The notes below the pieces were generated by a model, which saw nothing but the letters and a program-made list of their open reading frames with translations, did no database searches and was not told the DNA's origin. A stretch of DNA of 64,000 nucleotides from the NCBI GenBank assembly GCA_964643995.1, contig CAZXUJ010000001.1:5622-69621 (forward strand), in the 5' to 3' direction. Positions 46,759 to 56,716 of this stretch are shown in pieces (positions within the stretch are counted from its first letter, which is position 1; every line of letters begins with the position of its first letter). Source of the DNA: an uncultured Candidatus Saccharibacteria bacterium (GTDB taxonomy: Bacteria; Patescibacteriota; WWE3; UBA101185; UBA10185). Position numbers and translations under genes: made by a program.

Positions 46759-47285
46759 CTAAGAAACTTAAATCTTCTAAACTCAATAATTCCCTTTTTG
46801 ATGTAAGTATTCCAATCAGTAGCAATCTGAGGTTTATAACTAAAGTTTGGCCCTGAATCTTGCAACACAACTTCCGAGAGTGAAACTCCATTTGGTATTG
46901 AATCAAGATTTGACTGTGCTAACATTAATTTCCCCTCAACCTCAACAATCATCGCAATATGGTTGTAATCAGTTTTACCCTTAATCAAAACTAAATCCAG
47001 TGGTCGCAACTCGTTTGGAGATATCTTACAAATCATCTCTGATGCAAACGTAAATGCTCCAGCATAGTTAACGCCTTGCTTTTCGGGGTTAGGCCAAGCC
47101 AAAGAGTCCATAAATTCTTTACGTAAGCCAGATTTTTCAAAAGCAAAAGAAAGAGTATTGAATACAAAACCTGAACAATCGACACCCAAGCCATAAAGCT
47201 TCATAAATTCTTCAATGCCATAAGAAGTAGCGTTTTTTAGGCTGATGCCAACCTGTTCAGAAATGTGTAAACACATACATCCCAA
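46755..47285 (-). CDS. NlpC/P60-like (Cys-His) hydrolase
   Basis: GVDCSGFVFNTL (NlpC/P60 catalytic Cys context) and downstream His (YNHIAMIV). Confidence 0.45.
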   Translation of the reverse strand: MGCMCLHISEQVGISLKNATSYGIEEFMKLYGLGVDCSGFVFNTLSFAFEKSGLRKEFMDSLAWPNPEKQGVNYAGAFTFASEMICKISPNELRPLDLVLIKGKTDYNHIAMIVEVEGKLMLAQSNLDSIPNGVSLSEVVLQDSGPNFSYKPQIATDWNTYIKKGIIEFRRFKFLS

Positions 47286-47386
47286 GATTATTTATGTAAT
47301 AAGGAGTATTTACTTTTTGCCCATAGATATCGAGATTTTGATAGTGTTTTATGTAACCAACAGCGTGTTTGTTAATTGAAGTTAAA

Positions 47387-47920
47387 TCATGCATATAAGT
47401 CGGGGTTCTTAAAGGGTATCAGCGCCAATATCACTGCTGGTTCATAAAATGTAGTTCTGGTTAGGACATCGCCAGTAAGAATACCTACAGAACCAGTACT
47501 TTGCTTAGAATTTTCCTTTTTAAAGACAAGATCATCTGCTGTACCAAGCTCCATACCCTGCCTAATTAATTCAGCAACCTTCTCAGGTAAAAAGAATGAT
47601 CCCGTTCTGCCCTTACCAACCTTGCCATCGTTACCTATGACAACTATCCATGCGAATGCCTCTAGGCTACCGGAAACTTCTTCAAGACCACCCTCAATAC
47701 CAACCCAAAAATCTCCAGAAGTAGCGATCTTTCGAACATTTTGTGCTCTGTTAAAAGCCCCCTGCAAAGTTTCCTCTTCAGTCATAGGCTGATCCGCCAC
47801 ATCAGAATCTGCTGACACACCTTCAACCTCAAACTGCTCGTCAGGAAACATCTGAAGAAAACCCGCCAGAGTTGTATTAATTTTCACTGGATTTTTTGAA
47901 GCTACAATAATCTTTTTCAT
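47387..47920 (-). CDS. yjjX: Inosine/xanthosine triphosphatase, YjjX family (non-canonical NTP pyrophosphatase)
   Basis: MKKIIVASKNPVKINTTLAGF...SDVADQPMTEEETLQGAFNRAQN...DFWVGIEGG closely parallels E. coli YjjX. Confidence 0.72.
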   Translation of the reverse strand: MKKIIVASKNPVKINTTLAGFLQMFPDEQFEVEGVSADSDVADQPMTEEETLQGAFNRAQNVRKIATSGDFWVGIEGGLEEVSGSLEAFAWIVVIGNDGKVGKGRTGSFFLPEKVAELIRQGMELGTADDLVFKKENSKQSTGSVGILTGDVLTRTTFYEPAVILALIPFKNPDLYA

Positions 47921-48307
47921 TTAGAAATTATAACAAATAATGTTGTCGAAAATTTTGTTAAACAAGAAGTAAGAAATAAAGTCCTAAAGACCCTTAACAG
48001 AATCTTTAGGACATAATATCTACTTCAAATTACACTAGACCAACAAACAACAGCACAACACCAAAAAAGAAAAGCACTAAAGCACATATTAACTTTAGGG
48101 TGTATATTGCCTCTTTTGCCGGTCCCCTCTCTGATTGTAAACTTTGGGTCAAGTAACGCATCCTGCGAAAAAACAAAAATGCAACGATCCCCAAAGTGCT
48201 TACAAGTGCACCAGTCCCGATGCACAATACCTGTACCTGAGCAGGACTAAAAATGGATACAACCACAGAAAGTATACAGTACTATGGGATAGAGATCAAA
48301 AATAATT

Positions 48308-48382
48308 TGGTGAGGGCGGTGGGTATCGAACCCACGACCTACTGGTTAAGAGCCAGTTGCTCTACCACTGAGCTACACCCCC
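48308..48382 (-). tRNA. tRNA-Lys (anticodon CTT)
   Basis: Reverse complement GGGGGTGTAGCTCAGTGGTAGAGCAACTGGCTCTTAACCAGTAGGTCGTGGGTTCGATACCCACCGCCCTCACCA; anticodon stem ACTGG/CCAGT, loop CTCTTAA. Confidence 0.8.
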
Positions 48383-48450
48383 ACACATGAAATCCGCTAA
48401 AGTATACCAAAATTAGTTGTTAAATACCTCTATTTTCATATAATTAACAT

Positions 48451-49293
48451 ATGACCTCAGAAATTCCTTCTGACACTACTGAACAAAGAGCACTTGATGA
48501 GAAACCGCAATACAAAACTCGAACAAGATTCAGAGTATCAGAGGATCCAAATTATGGTTCTAAACATCCAAGAGACGAAATCGTGACTGCGATTGATTTT
48601 CATAGTAGTGACCCAATTACAGTCAAACAAGTGGAAATTGAAGGAGCTCCTGTTTACATTGCTTATACTTGCCCAGTAAAACATCAATATAGAGGCGGAC
48701 AACCAATGCTGATAGACGCACTTGTTACTGGGGATTCTTTGGCGGGTGTGGAATTGGAAATTGCCAAAGTTGTAGAGGACTCCGAGAGTATAAAAACATT
48801 TTACAAAAGTTTTATGGCTGAAAAGATACTTCCACAGATAAAGGGTATTTCTCATCTCATAGGAGCAATGGGTCGCGGAGATGTATTTGATCCTGGAAGG
48901 GTCAGTACCAAACAATCCGATTTAGACATTATGTTGTTTGTTGATTTTCCACTTAGCAATATTGGTATACAAGAACAATTTATCGAACAATTAGGCACAC
49001 TAGATCTACAGTCCGAATATGGGGAACTTGGATTATCTTACAGCGCACATAAAATCACAGGAAGATCAGTTGAAGGTGGAGAGCAAGATCTTATAACACC
49101 AACAAAACGTATAGGGCAGGTCACCTTTGATTTGATATCTTTGCCCGAGATATATAATCTACTAGAAAGGTACCCGGACAGATTTAGGCAGTTGGGAGAT
49201 TACTCAGTCAAGGCTTTTACACAGGGCCCAATAGTAATGGATTCGGAGAATGGAATGATACACAAACTTCAAGAAAGGCTTAAAGCCCTCTAG
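48451..49293 (+). CDS. Hypothetical protein, possible polymerase-beta-superfamily nucleotidyltransferase
   Basis: IGAMGRGDVFDPGRVSTKQSDLDIMLFV fits hG[GS/A]x9-13Dh[DE]h (Gly-rich loop then DxD). Confidence 0.35.
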   Translation: MTSEIPSDTTEQRALDEKPQYKTRTRFRVSEDPNYGSKHPRDEIVTAIDFHSSDPITVKQVEIEGAPVYIAYTCPVKHQYRGGQPMLIDALVTGDSLAGVELEIAKVVEDSESIKTFYKSFMAEKILPQIKGISHLIGAMGRGDVFDPGRVSTKQSDLDIMLFVDFPLSNIGIQEQFIEQLGTLDLQSEYGELGLSYSAHKITGRSVEGGEQDLITPTKRIGQVTFDLISLPEIYNLLERYPDRFRQLGDYSVKAFTQGPIVMDSENGMIHKLQERLKAL

Positions 49294-50147
49294 TTTTCTT
49301 TTTTCAAGAAATTAATGGCGTTAACATACTCTTGCCTCACTTTTAAAACTTGGTCGGGAGAGTTATAGACTGCATGCTCATTACCTACAGTCCTACCCTT
49401 CTCATCTTTTCCAAGCAAATATAATCTACCAAAATTTAATAAAAATGCTGCTTGCATAGCTTGAAAACTTTTTTCTGGGTCTTGCGAATTGTTTAATGAC
49501 GCAACTCTCTGATGATGAGCAAACAAACTATCACCACCAATTTTTGCATCAACCTGAATTTCTCGTGTTTTTGTATTGTGCATGTCAAGTCGCCACGAAT
49601 CTATCTCCCCCATATCACCATCAAGAAACCTTACGTTAAATTGCATTGGAGTATAAGCCTTAGAATCAGAATTTACCTTACTGCCATTACGCAGAACAAT
49701 TTGAACAGTTTCTACAGGCTGTCCTCCAAGTTCTCCCCATGGAATATCTTCCTTTGGAGACATGTTTATTACTAGTCCTCCCAACTCGTCGTCTTGGACA
49801 GCCACTTCATAGCTCTCAATACCATTGAGGTTTTCACAAAAATTATTAAAAAACGTAAGCGCATGTACACCTTCTGCAAATTGCCTTTCATACATACTTT
49901 TTATCGACGAGGATGTAGAAGTTTCGATAAAGTGTGAGGCATTTTGCAATTGGCCAGACATTATTTGAACAACCTCATGTGGAGCCTGACGCAAAGGTTC
50001 TACATATTCGGGTTTTAGCACAGCCTCGTTCACCTCAAACAATGCTCGGAATGATTCCAAAGTTTTAACTTCAGGCTTAATTGCCTCATATGAGAATTGA
50101 TTTTCTTGCGAATAAACAACCTCATCGGGTGTAATTGTATTAATCAT
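49290..50147 (-). CDS. Hypothetical protein (285 aa), 4-bp overlap with upstream ParB-like gene (operon)
   Basis: ORF only. Confidence 0.4.
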   Translation of the reverse strand: MINTITPDEVVYSQENQFSYEAIKPEVKTLESFRALFEVNEAVLKPEYVEPLRQAPHEVVQIMSGQLQNASHFIETSTSSSIKSMYERQFAEGVHALTFFNNFCENLNGIESYEVAVQDDELGGLVINMSPKEDIPWGELGGQPVETVQIVLRNGSKVNSDSKAYTPMQFNVRFLDGDMGEIDSWRLDMHNTKTREIQVDAKIGGDSLFAHHQRVASLNNSQDPEKSFQAMQAAFLLNFGRLYLLGKDEKGRTVGNEHAVYNSPDQVLKVRQEYVNAINFLKKEN

Positions 50148-50935
50148 GCTCCCAAAAGCAACCTCCCAGCTTCTTTGATTTCGTTGTCTTGCTGTCTATC
50201 TACCCAATATTTTTGCACAGCTTCTTTACCATCTGTGCTTCTGTTCATTAACTGCCTTGTAACTGTAATGACTGCTTTGCGTTCCTCCGCGGTACCTTGC
50301 TTGTAAGCAATTGTTAATAAGATAAATGTGCTAGAACCTATTTTTGTTTTCTGCTTTTCATCGGGTATTTGAGTTACAGGATGACCAGCATAAACATGTA
50401 CTTCAGAAACACCGTTTAAAAGCATTTCAGTTAAGCGATGTGAACCGTCTAGCATTCGTAACTTTCCCTCTCTAACTTTTGCTATAAGTTTTGGAAAATT
50501 TATCGGTTTATTAGAGGGTTTAAAAGAAAACAACCCTTGAGGATCGTTATCGACATTTTTTTCAAAATAATCTAGCAAGTAACTCTTAAACTTCGTAACA
50601 TCACCATTAACCTCCTCAGAGAATATAACTTTGTTTACATTTGGATCCATGCCCGTCATAACTAGTTTGTTAATATCCCAAATTTCTTCCTTCCAGTCAT
50701 AGCCTTCCCGTGTAATGTTGTAATACACGCCATTCAAATGATAGGTAAAGGACATAGCTTCTAACAATGAGAAAACATTCTTATCTTTTAGACTATCAAT
50801 GCTGTCCCTAATTAACTCAAAAGGCACTGACGGAAAGAGTTTTGTGAACTCAACCTTTAAGTAATACCTTGCCACTTCAAGGGTAGAAACGTTTTCGTTA
50901 ATAGTTTTTATTGGTTCAGGTTTTTGAGTCTCCAT
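50144..50935 (-). CDS. ParB/sulfiredoxin-fold (DGxHR-type) domain protein
   Basis: C-terminal RMLDGSHRLTEMLLNGVSEVHV resembles the ParB-N/DGQHR core. Start trimmed to METQKPEP (50935) because the longer ORF runs into tRNA-Arg. Confidence 0.45.
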   Translation of the reverse strand: METQKPEPIKTINENVSTLEVARYYLKVEFTKLFPSVPFELIRDSIDSLKDKNVFSLLEAMSFTYHLNGVYYNITREGYDWKEEIWDINKLVMTGMDPNVNKVIFSEEVNGDVTKFKSYLLDYFEKNVDNDPQGLFSFKPSNKPINFPKLIAKVREGKLRMLDGSHRLTEMLLNGVSEVHVYAGHPVTQIPDEKQKTKIGSSTFILLTIAYKQGTAEERKAVITVTRQLMNRSTDGKEAVQKYWVDRQQDNEIKEAGRLLLGA

Positions 50936-50941
50936 GACAAA

Positions 50942-51017
50942 ATTATAACACTGGCGCGCCTGGAGGGAATCGAACCCCCAATCCCTTGTTCCGAAGACAA
51001 GTGCCTTATCCGTTAGG
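50942..51017 (-). tRNA. tRNA-Arg (anticodon TCG)
   Basis: Reverse complement GCGCCTGTGGCCTAACGGATAAGGCACTTGTCTTCGGAACAAGGGATTGGGGGTTCGATTCCCTCCAGGCGCGCCA; anticodon stem CTTGT/ACAAG, loop CTTCGGA. Confidence 0.82.
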
Positions 51018-51080
51018 CCACAGGCGCACAAAGTAGCTACAGTATACCAAATACCCAAACAATGGGAAATTGGCTTAACA

Positions 51081-51464
51081 GTGCTACCAAAACCATGGAT
51101 TAAGTGCCCCATACAAGGCCCTAAAGTACCCCATAGCACAGGCACGAAACGATTTGTAGAGGTAATATTATCTCATTACCCAAAAGGTAAGTTTTATCCA
51201 CAATTCACAAGTTTAAGGAGTACCACAATGTTGATTTTACTGCTTACCCTGTTTTTAGCCTTAGCCTTGATCGCTTTCATCGTCGTTCTGGCCTTGAGTA
51301 TGGCATTAGCTGTTGTTCTGGGCATCGCTATTTCTGCCTTTATCGCATGGGCCGTCGGCTCAGCAACTGGATCTTCAAAAACACTGCGCTATGCTATCTC
51401 AGGTCTTGTATTTGCTTTTGAAGGAATCATTGCATATATTGCCTACTTGAATTACCTCGCGTAA
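51081..51464 (+). CDS. Small hydrophobic membrane protein (true start probably internal)
   Basis: C-terminal two-thirds is three TM helices; followed by a strong terminator. Confidence 0.35.
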   Translation: MLPKPWIKCPIQGPKVPHSTGTKRFVEVILSHYPKGKFYPQFTSLRSTTMLILLLTLFLALALIAFIVVLALSMALAVVLGIAISAFIAWAVGSATGSSKTLRYAISGLVFAFEGIIAYIAYLNYLA

Positions 51465-51476
51465 TCTTTTAGGCTT

Positions 51477-51550
51477 GCGGGTCATCCTCAGACATTCAAA
51501 TTTTTGTAATAACATACAACCATTTGTCTGAGAACGACCCGCTTTTTTTT
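51477..51550 (+). terminator. Rho-independent terminator
   Basis: GCGGGTCATCCTCAGACA...TGTCTGAGAACGACCCGC stem followed by TTTTTTTT. Confidence 0.7.
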
Positions 51551-51576
51551 CCTCAAAATCCTATATAATAATACCC

Positions 51577-52098
51577 GTGAAGAAAATATTAATTGGCATA
51601 TACATATTCACTCTTTTAGGTGGTTATTTGTTCGTTAATGATGCTTTAAAGGGCAATGAGGTTGAGATTAAATCCGACAAAACAGATGAAAAGCACGAAC
51701 CACAAGAAAAGCCAGTTGATGTCACATTTGTATTGGACAATGGAAAAACAGTTAAACAATATTCGAGGAATGTTCAAAATAATGAGACAGTTCTAGATCT
51801 AATAGATTTGCTACGAGCTGAGAGTGAAATTTCGTACTCAAAAACTGCATATACTTACGGAACCGAAATTGCTACCGTAAACAATTTACAGGCAAATGAA
51901 AACTACAAATGGAGAGTCTATATGAGAAACACTGAAAAATCAGTCACTGACCAATTTAAAAATTTGAATCCTTCAGAGTATGATCGGGGGTTATTTCTAA
52001 AAACAGTTGACACCGATTTTGATATAACTTTTGAAATTGCGGAACTAACCTTGCCAGAAAACACTGTTGTAACTCTGAAATACACTAAGGTTAAATAA
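51577..52098 (+). CDS. Secreted protein, unknown
   Basis: N-terminal signal/TM (ILIGIYIFTLLGGYLFV); 173 aa. Confidence 0.45.
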   Translation: MKKILIGIYIFTLLGGYLFVNDALKGNEVEIKSDKTDEKHEPQEKPVDVTFVLDNGKTVKQYSRNVQNNETVLDLIDLLRAESEISYSKTAYTYGTEIATVNNLQANENYKWRVYMRNTEKSVTDQFKNLNPSEYDRGLFLKTVDTDFDITFEIAELTLPENTVVTLKYTKVK

Positions 52099-52109
52099 TT
52101 ACAACCTTA

Positions 52110-53288
52110 TCATTCGTAGCGCAAAGCTTCAATTGGATCTTTCTTACTTGCCTGTATGGCTGGATAGGTTCCAAACACCAACCCTACTAAACACGAGAAG
52201 CCAATTGCAAGAAACACTGACCAGCCTGTGATAGTAGTTGTTATAAAACTTCTGGCGGCTAATGACCCAAGCCATCCAAGTAACAAACCTATTAAACCTC
52301 CTACCAAACTTATAAATAATGCCTCGAGCAAAAACTGAATAGCAATTGTTCTAGAAGTAGCACCTAAAGCCTTGCGTAAACCTATTTCATGAATTCGTTC
52401 TGTTACTGAAACGAGCATAATGTTCATGATTCCAACGCCACCTACTATTAATGATATTCCGGCAATTGCCCCGATACCCATAGTGAGTATCCTAAGTATA
52501 TTTTGAATAGATGCAAGTACATCCGCCTGGGATAGAACTGAAAAATCATCATCCTTAAGATCACGCATTAGTGCTAACTCCAACTTGCGGGTGGCAAGTG
52601 TAACATCAACACCATCCTTAAGTTTTACTGCAATACCGGAGAAGTTTTTTACACTATAGGCATCCCTTATTGTTGTGTATGGGAAAACTATATTTTCATC
52701 TTGGCTTTGACCTTTGGATACGAGTGTTCCAATGACTAGATATTGATTATCACCAACAGTTATATGTGCACCAAGAGGTTCCTGAGAACCAAACAACTCC
52801 TTTCGTACCAAATCACCTATAATTGCAACCTTTTCTTTGGAACGAACTTCTTGAGCGTCAAAGTAGCGGCCAGTGGCAATTTCATAATTAAATATATTTA
52901 ATCCCTCCTCATTACTACCTATAATTGAAGCTTTGTAGGTCTTTGTTTTGTATTTTACGTTGTCGGACAAACGAATCGATGGAGAAAAGTAAGAAACAAC
53001 ATCTGAAGCGTTTGCCTCGATTAAATCTAGATGTTTTTCGTCCAGTTTGTTTCTGCTAAAGGCCTTTGCGGGGTCATCAGAAAAGTTAGCGGTACCTGGG
53101 GCAACAAATATCAAATTTGAGCCTAGAGCATTAAATTGGCCAACTATGAAACTTTCTATTCCCGAGCCTATTGCTACCAAGACTATAACCGAAAACACGC
53201 CGATAACTATTCCAAGCATAGTGAGTATAGATCTCACTTTATTAACAACAATATTTGATAACGCTAGTTTTATAATCTGACTATTCAT
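52110..53288 (-). CDS. ABC transporter permease, FtsX/MacB-type (with periplasmic MacB_PCD)
   Basis: N-terminal TM, large periplasmic domain, C-terminal 3-TM FtsX module (LRKALGATSRTIAIQFLLEA). Confidence 0.8.
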   Translation of the reverse strand: MNSQIIKLALSNIVVNKVRSILTMLGIVIGVFSVIVLVAIGSGIESFIVGQFNALGSNLIFVAPGTANFSDDPAKAFSRNKLDEKHLDLIEANASDVVSYFSPSIRLSDNVKYKTKTYKASIIGSNEEGLNIFNYEIATGRYFDAQEVRSKEKVAIIGDLVRKELFGSQEPLGAHITVGDNQYLVIGTLVSKGQSQDENIVFPYTTIRDAYSVKNFSGIAVKLKDGVDVTLATRKLELALMRDLKDDDFSVLSQADVLASIQNILRILTMGIGAIAGISLIVGGVGIMNIMLVSVTERIHEIGLRKALGATSRTIAIQFLLEALFISLVGGLIGLLLGWLGSLAARSFITTTITGWSVFLAIGFSCLVGLVFGTYPAIQASKKDPIEALRYE

Positions 53289-54462
53289 AACGCAAAGATT
53301 CTATCGGATCCTTTCTACTTGCTGATAAAGCAGGATAAGTGCCAAAAACCATACCAACCACAGCTGAAAATCCGAATGACAAGAACACCGCGACAACGGG
53401 TATTTCTGCACGTAAAAACTGTTGTGCTATAGCCGTGCCAATATATCCGAGGATAAGACCAATTAAGCCACCTAGCACACTCAACATAATAGATTCGATC
53501 AAAAATTGTAGAGCTATTGTTCTGCTAGTAGCTCCAAGTGCTTTTCGAAGCCCAATTTCTTTTATCCTTTCAGTTACGGAAACAAGCATTATATTCATGA
53601 TACCTATCCCCCCAACAATTAACGAAATGCCCGCAATCAGCCCCAAACCCAAAGTAAGTACACCAAGGGTCTCTTGGATAGTACTTAAGATATCTTGTTG
53701 GGACAGCACTGAAAAATCTTCTTTTTTTAAATCTCTTAGCAAAGCGAGCTCAATATGACGCAATGCTACATCAATGTTTTGTGCGTCATTTATTTTGGCT
53801 ACGATACTAGAATAGTTTTTCAGGTCAAAAGTTTCTTCTGCAGATGTATAAGGCAAAATTATCTGGTCGTCGTAGTTACTGCCCTTTTCGTTAAACACAC
53901 CGATGATAGTGTAGTTGTCACCACCAATACTAATGCGCTTGTTTAGCGGGGATTGGTTGGAAAACAACTCCTCTTGTACTAGAGGCCCAATTATTGCAAC
54001 ACGGGAACTAGAGTTTTCTTGAGACTGCGTAAAGTTTTCACCCTCACTTAAGGAATAGTTGAATACGTCTAAAGATTGATAGTTCACCCCTAAAACCTCC
54101 GCGTAAAAGGTTTTTGTTTTGAATTTAACGTTATCTCCAACAATATGGTACGGGATTACTGCAGTAACATAGTCTGAAGCATAGGTAGATATTAGATTTA
54201 TGTGTTTTTGCTCTAGTTGATTTCTGGAGAATGCCTCCGCCGGATCACCAAAGCCGGCTTGCCCAGGAGATATGAAGATCAGGTTCGATCCTATAGCCTC
54301 AAATTCGTCAGTAATGTAATTTTGTACGCCTTGTCCTAAGGAAATCATCATAACAACAGAAAAAACTCCTATAATAACCCCAAGCGTTGTTAATATCGAA
54401 CGACCTTTGTTTGCCAAAATGGCGTCCGAGGATGTTTTTATGGTTAGAAATAAGCTGATCAT
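53281..54462 (-). CDS. ABC transporter permease, FtsX/MacB-type, paralog
   Basis: Same architecture; LRKALGATSRTIALQFLIES. Confidence 0.8.
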   Translation of the reverse strand: MISLFLTIKTSSDAILANKGRSILTTLGVIIGVFSVVMMISLGQGVQNYITDEFEAIGSNLIFISPGQAGFGDPAEAFSRNQLEQKHINLISTYASDYVTAVIPYHIVGDNVKFKTKTFYAEVLGVNYQSLDVFNYSLSEGENFTQSQENSSSRVAIIGPLVQEELFSNQSPLNKRISIGGDNYTIIGVFNEKGSNYDDQIILPYTSAEETFDLKNYSSIVAKINDAQNIDVALRHIELALLRDLKKEDFSVLSQQDILSTIQETLGVLTLGLGLIAGISLIVGGIGIMNIMLVSVTERIKEIGLRKALGATSRTIALQFLIESIMLSVLGGLIGLILGYIGTAIAQQFLRAEIPVVAVFLSFGFSAVVGMVFGTYPALSASRKDPIESLRYE

Positions 54463-54467
54463 AAGGT

Positions 54468-55145
54468 CTATGAGTCCGAAACTACATTGCCATCTCTCAG
54501 AACGATTTGTCTGTCTGCCTGAGCTGCAATTTCATCGTCATGAGTTACTATGACAATTGTTTTACCTTGGGAATGTAGCTTACGAAGAATTTTAATTATT
54601 TCGTTTTCAGTTTTGGTGTCGAGATTTCCGGTTGGTTCATCTGCCAAAATTATTGAGGGATCATTCACTAATGCCCGCGCAATTGCCACCCTCTGCTTTT
54701 GACCACCAGACAACTCATTAGACTTGTTATTAAGTCGATCGCTGAGTTCTACTAAATCAAGCATTTTTTTGGCACGTACGTCCCATTCAGCTCTTGGAAC
54801 ACTGCTATACATAAGAGGGAGTTTTACATTTTCAATCGCCGAAGTTCTTTTCAGAAGATTAAAAGATTGAAATACAAATCCTATCTCTTTATTTCGTACT
54901 TGGGCTAACTTTGGCTCACTATAACTAACAACGTTTTTATCTTGAAGGATAACCTCACCTGTTGTAGGAGTATCCAAAAGGCCAATGATATGCATTAAGG
55001 TTGATTTTCCCGAACCAGATTTACCAATAATAGAGACAAACTCACCTTCTTGTATTTTAATTGATACACCGTTTAGAGCACTAATCTTCTGAGTACCAAC
55101 CTCATAAACCTTTGTAACATTCTTGGTCTCTAACAAAGTTTTCAT
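54468..55145 (-). CDS. ABC transporter ATP-binding protein (MacB/LolD-type)
   Basis: Walker A GKSGSGKST, signature LSGGQKQR, Walker B ILADEPTGNLD. Confidence 0.85.
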   Translation of the reverse strand: MKTLLETKNVTKVYEVGTQKISALNGVSIKIQEGEFVSIIGKSGSGKSTLMHIIGLLDTPTTGEVILQDKNVVSYSEPKLAQVRNKEIGFVFQSFNLLKRTSAIENVKLPLMYSSVPRAEWDVRAKKMLDLVELSDRLNNKSNELSGGQKQRVAIARALVNDPSIILADEPTGNLDTKTENEIIKILRKLHSQGKTIVIVTHDDEIAAQADRQIVLRDGNVVSDS

Positions 55146-55149
55146 ATTG

Positions 55150-56208
55150 TTATTCTTTAACTTGTGTTTTCAAACCTTCTTTTGCTTCTTGATCTGGGTT
55201 TGATGGAACAACTATTGTTTCAGAAATGTCAGATTTGATGTGTGTATAAATATCGCCCTCTAGTCCGATTTCGATGTATTTCTTAGCTAAGACGCCGTTA
55301 TTGTCTACCCAAACATATGGTTTATCTTCATCATCAAAAAAGACTTGATCAAAGGTTAATGTATTAACCTCCTCATTGGTTGTCGCGATAATAATGGACA
55401 CGTCCCCATCCATATTTAGTAGTATCGGCTTATCCTGAGGACTAAGCGCAATTTTAACCAGAAAACTTTCTTGATCTGCTGAGTCTACAAACAATGGGAC
55501 TTCGACAACCTCCCCCATAAATATGTCGTCAGGATAAGAATCTAAAGTAACCTCTGTTTTTTGTCCTAATCGTACAAAACTGAAATCTTCTTGATCTAGT
55601 TCGACCTCTAATACTAATTTTGTAATATCTGCAATTTTAATTACGGGGCTTGTAGCAGACGCGATCTCTCCCACATCACCTTGTACGTCTAGAATAGTGC
55701 CTGTAAAAGGGGCTGTCAGGTAATAACTAGAGAGTCCCATCATAGCAGCTTGATAGGTAGCTTCAGAAGCAGAAACTAACTCCTCAAGACGTCTAACAGC
55801 TATTTCATAGCTTTCAGTTCCTCCAACAGCTTTATGATTGTCCTGATACGTAGCTCTGTAAAGTTCAAGGTCACGTAAGGCTATATCACGAGCATCTTTT
55901 TTTGCCGTGGTAGAGGAATAGGCACCTGAATCATATATACGGGCTAATAGTGTATCTTTCTCAACAAAATCACCCTTTTTTACGTTTAGTTCAGTAATCC
56001 GGCCGGTACCAAGAAATGCTAGATCAGCTTCATTTTCTGATGTGACGACACCACTACCTGAAACTGTTTTAGTAACAACATTTCTCTCCAGTGTGGCTTT
56101 TTCAACTTCAATAGGCTTTGTCGCAGAGCGCTGGGTATATAAATAAATACCAACAGCTAGAATTATAAGAAGAATTATGACTTTTTTGTTTTTCAGTTTT
56201 TTTAGCAT
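55150..56208 (-). CDS. Periplasmic adaptor (membrane fusion protein, HlyD/MacA-like)
   Basis: N-terminal TM, coiled-coil hairpin, beta-barrel/lipoyl-like segments; immediately upstream of the ABC ATPase. Confidence 0.68.
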   Translation of the reverse strand: MLKKLKNKKVIILLIILAVGIYLYTQRSATKPIEVEKATLERNVVTKTVSGSGVVTSENEADLAFLGTGRITELNVKKGDFVEKDTLLARIYDSGAYSSTTAKKDARDIALRDLELYRATYQDNHKAVGGTESYEIAVRRLEELVSASEATYQAAMMGLSSYYLTAPFTGTILDVQGDVGEIASATSPVIKIADITKLVLEVELDQEDFSFVRLGQKTEVTLDSYPDDIFMGEVVEVPLFVDSADQESFLVKIALSPQDKPILLNMDGDVSIIIATTNEEVNTLTFDQVFFDDEDKPYVWVDNNGVLAKKYIEIGLEGDIYTHIKSDISETIVVPSNPDQEAKEGLKTQVKE

Positions 56209-56262
56209 ACTGACGGATTATACTACATTTTAATAATACAGCATGAGTGGTAGAATTTTAAT

Positions 56263-56715
56263 ATGAAGTCATTGTTTATGAGTCATCATCCTAGAAAGCA
56301 TGCTAGAAGCTTCAAGTTTGCATTCGAAGGTATATTTCATGCATTGTTGCACGAACCAAATTTTAGAGTCCACATCGTTGCGACCATAGCTATCATTTGC
56401 TTAGGCTATTTATTTCAAATTTCAAATGTTGAGTGGGCAATTATTGCAATAATATCAGCTATGGTATTAACAGCAGAAATGATGAACACAGTGGTAGAGC
56501 AAGTTATTGATCATCTGTTTAAAGAACAACATCCAGTGGCAAAAATTACAAAGGATCTGGCGGCAGGTTACGTTCTGATATCAGCTATAGCCGCAGTGAT
56601 AATATTTGTGCTGCTGTTTGGACACAGGTTAAGGGGTATTTATGAAACTACGAACACAGGCGAGAGCGAGATATCACAAACAGTAATTTGGACAGAAAAA
56701 AGATTAAGTAGATAG
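56263..56715 (+). CDS. dgkA: Diacylglycerol/undecaprenol kinase (DgkA family)
   Basis: AFEGIFHALLHEPNFRVH and EMMNTVVEQVIDH motifs; three TM helices. Confidence 0.72.
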   Translation: MKSLFMSHHPRKHARSFKFAFEGIFHALLHEPNFRVHIVATIAIICLGYLFQISNVEWAIIAIISAMVLTAEMMNTVVEQVIDHLFKEQHPVAKITKDLAAGYVLISAIAAVIIFVLLFGHRLRGIYETTNTGESEISQTVIWTEKRLSR

Positions 56716-56716
56716 G

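Noticed and set aside
53339-53946. Plus-strand ORFs overlapping the FtsX permease gene
   Set aside because: Antisense to a strongly supported permease CDS; no features.
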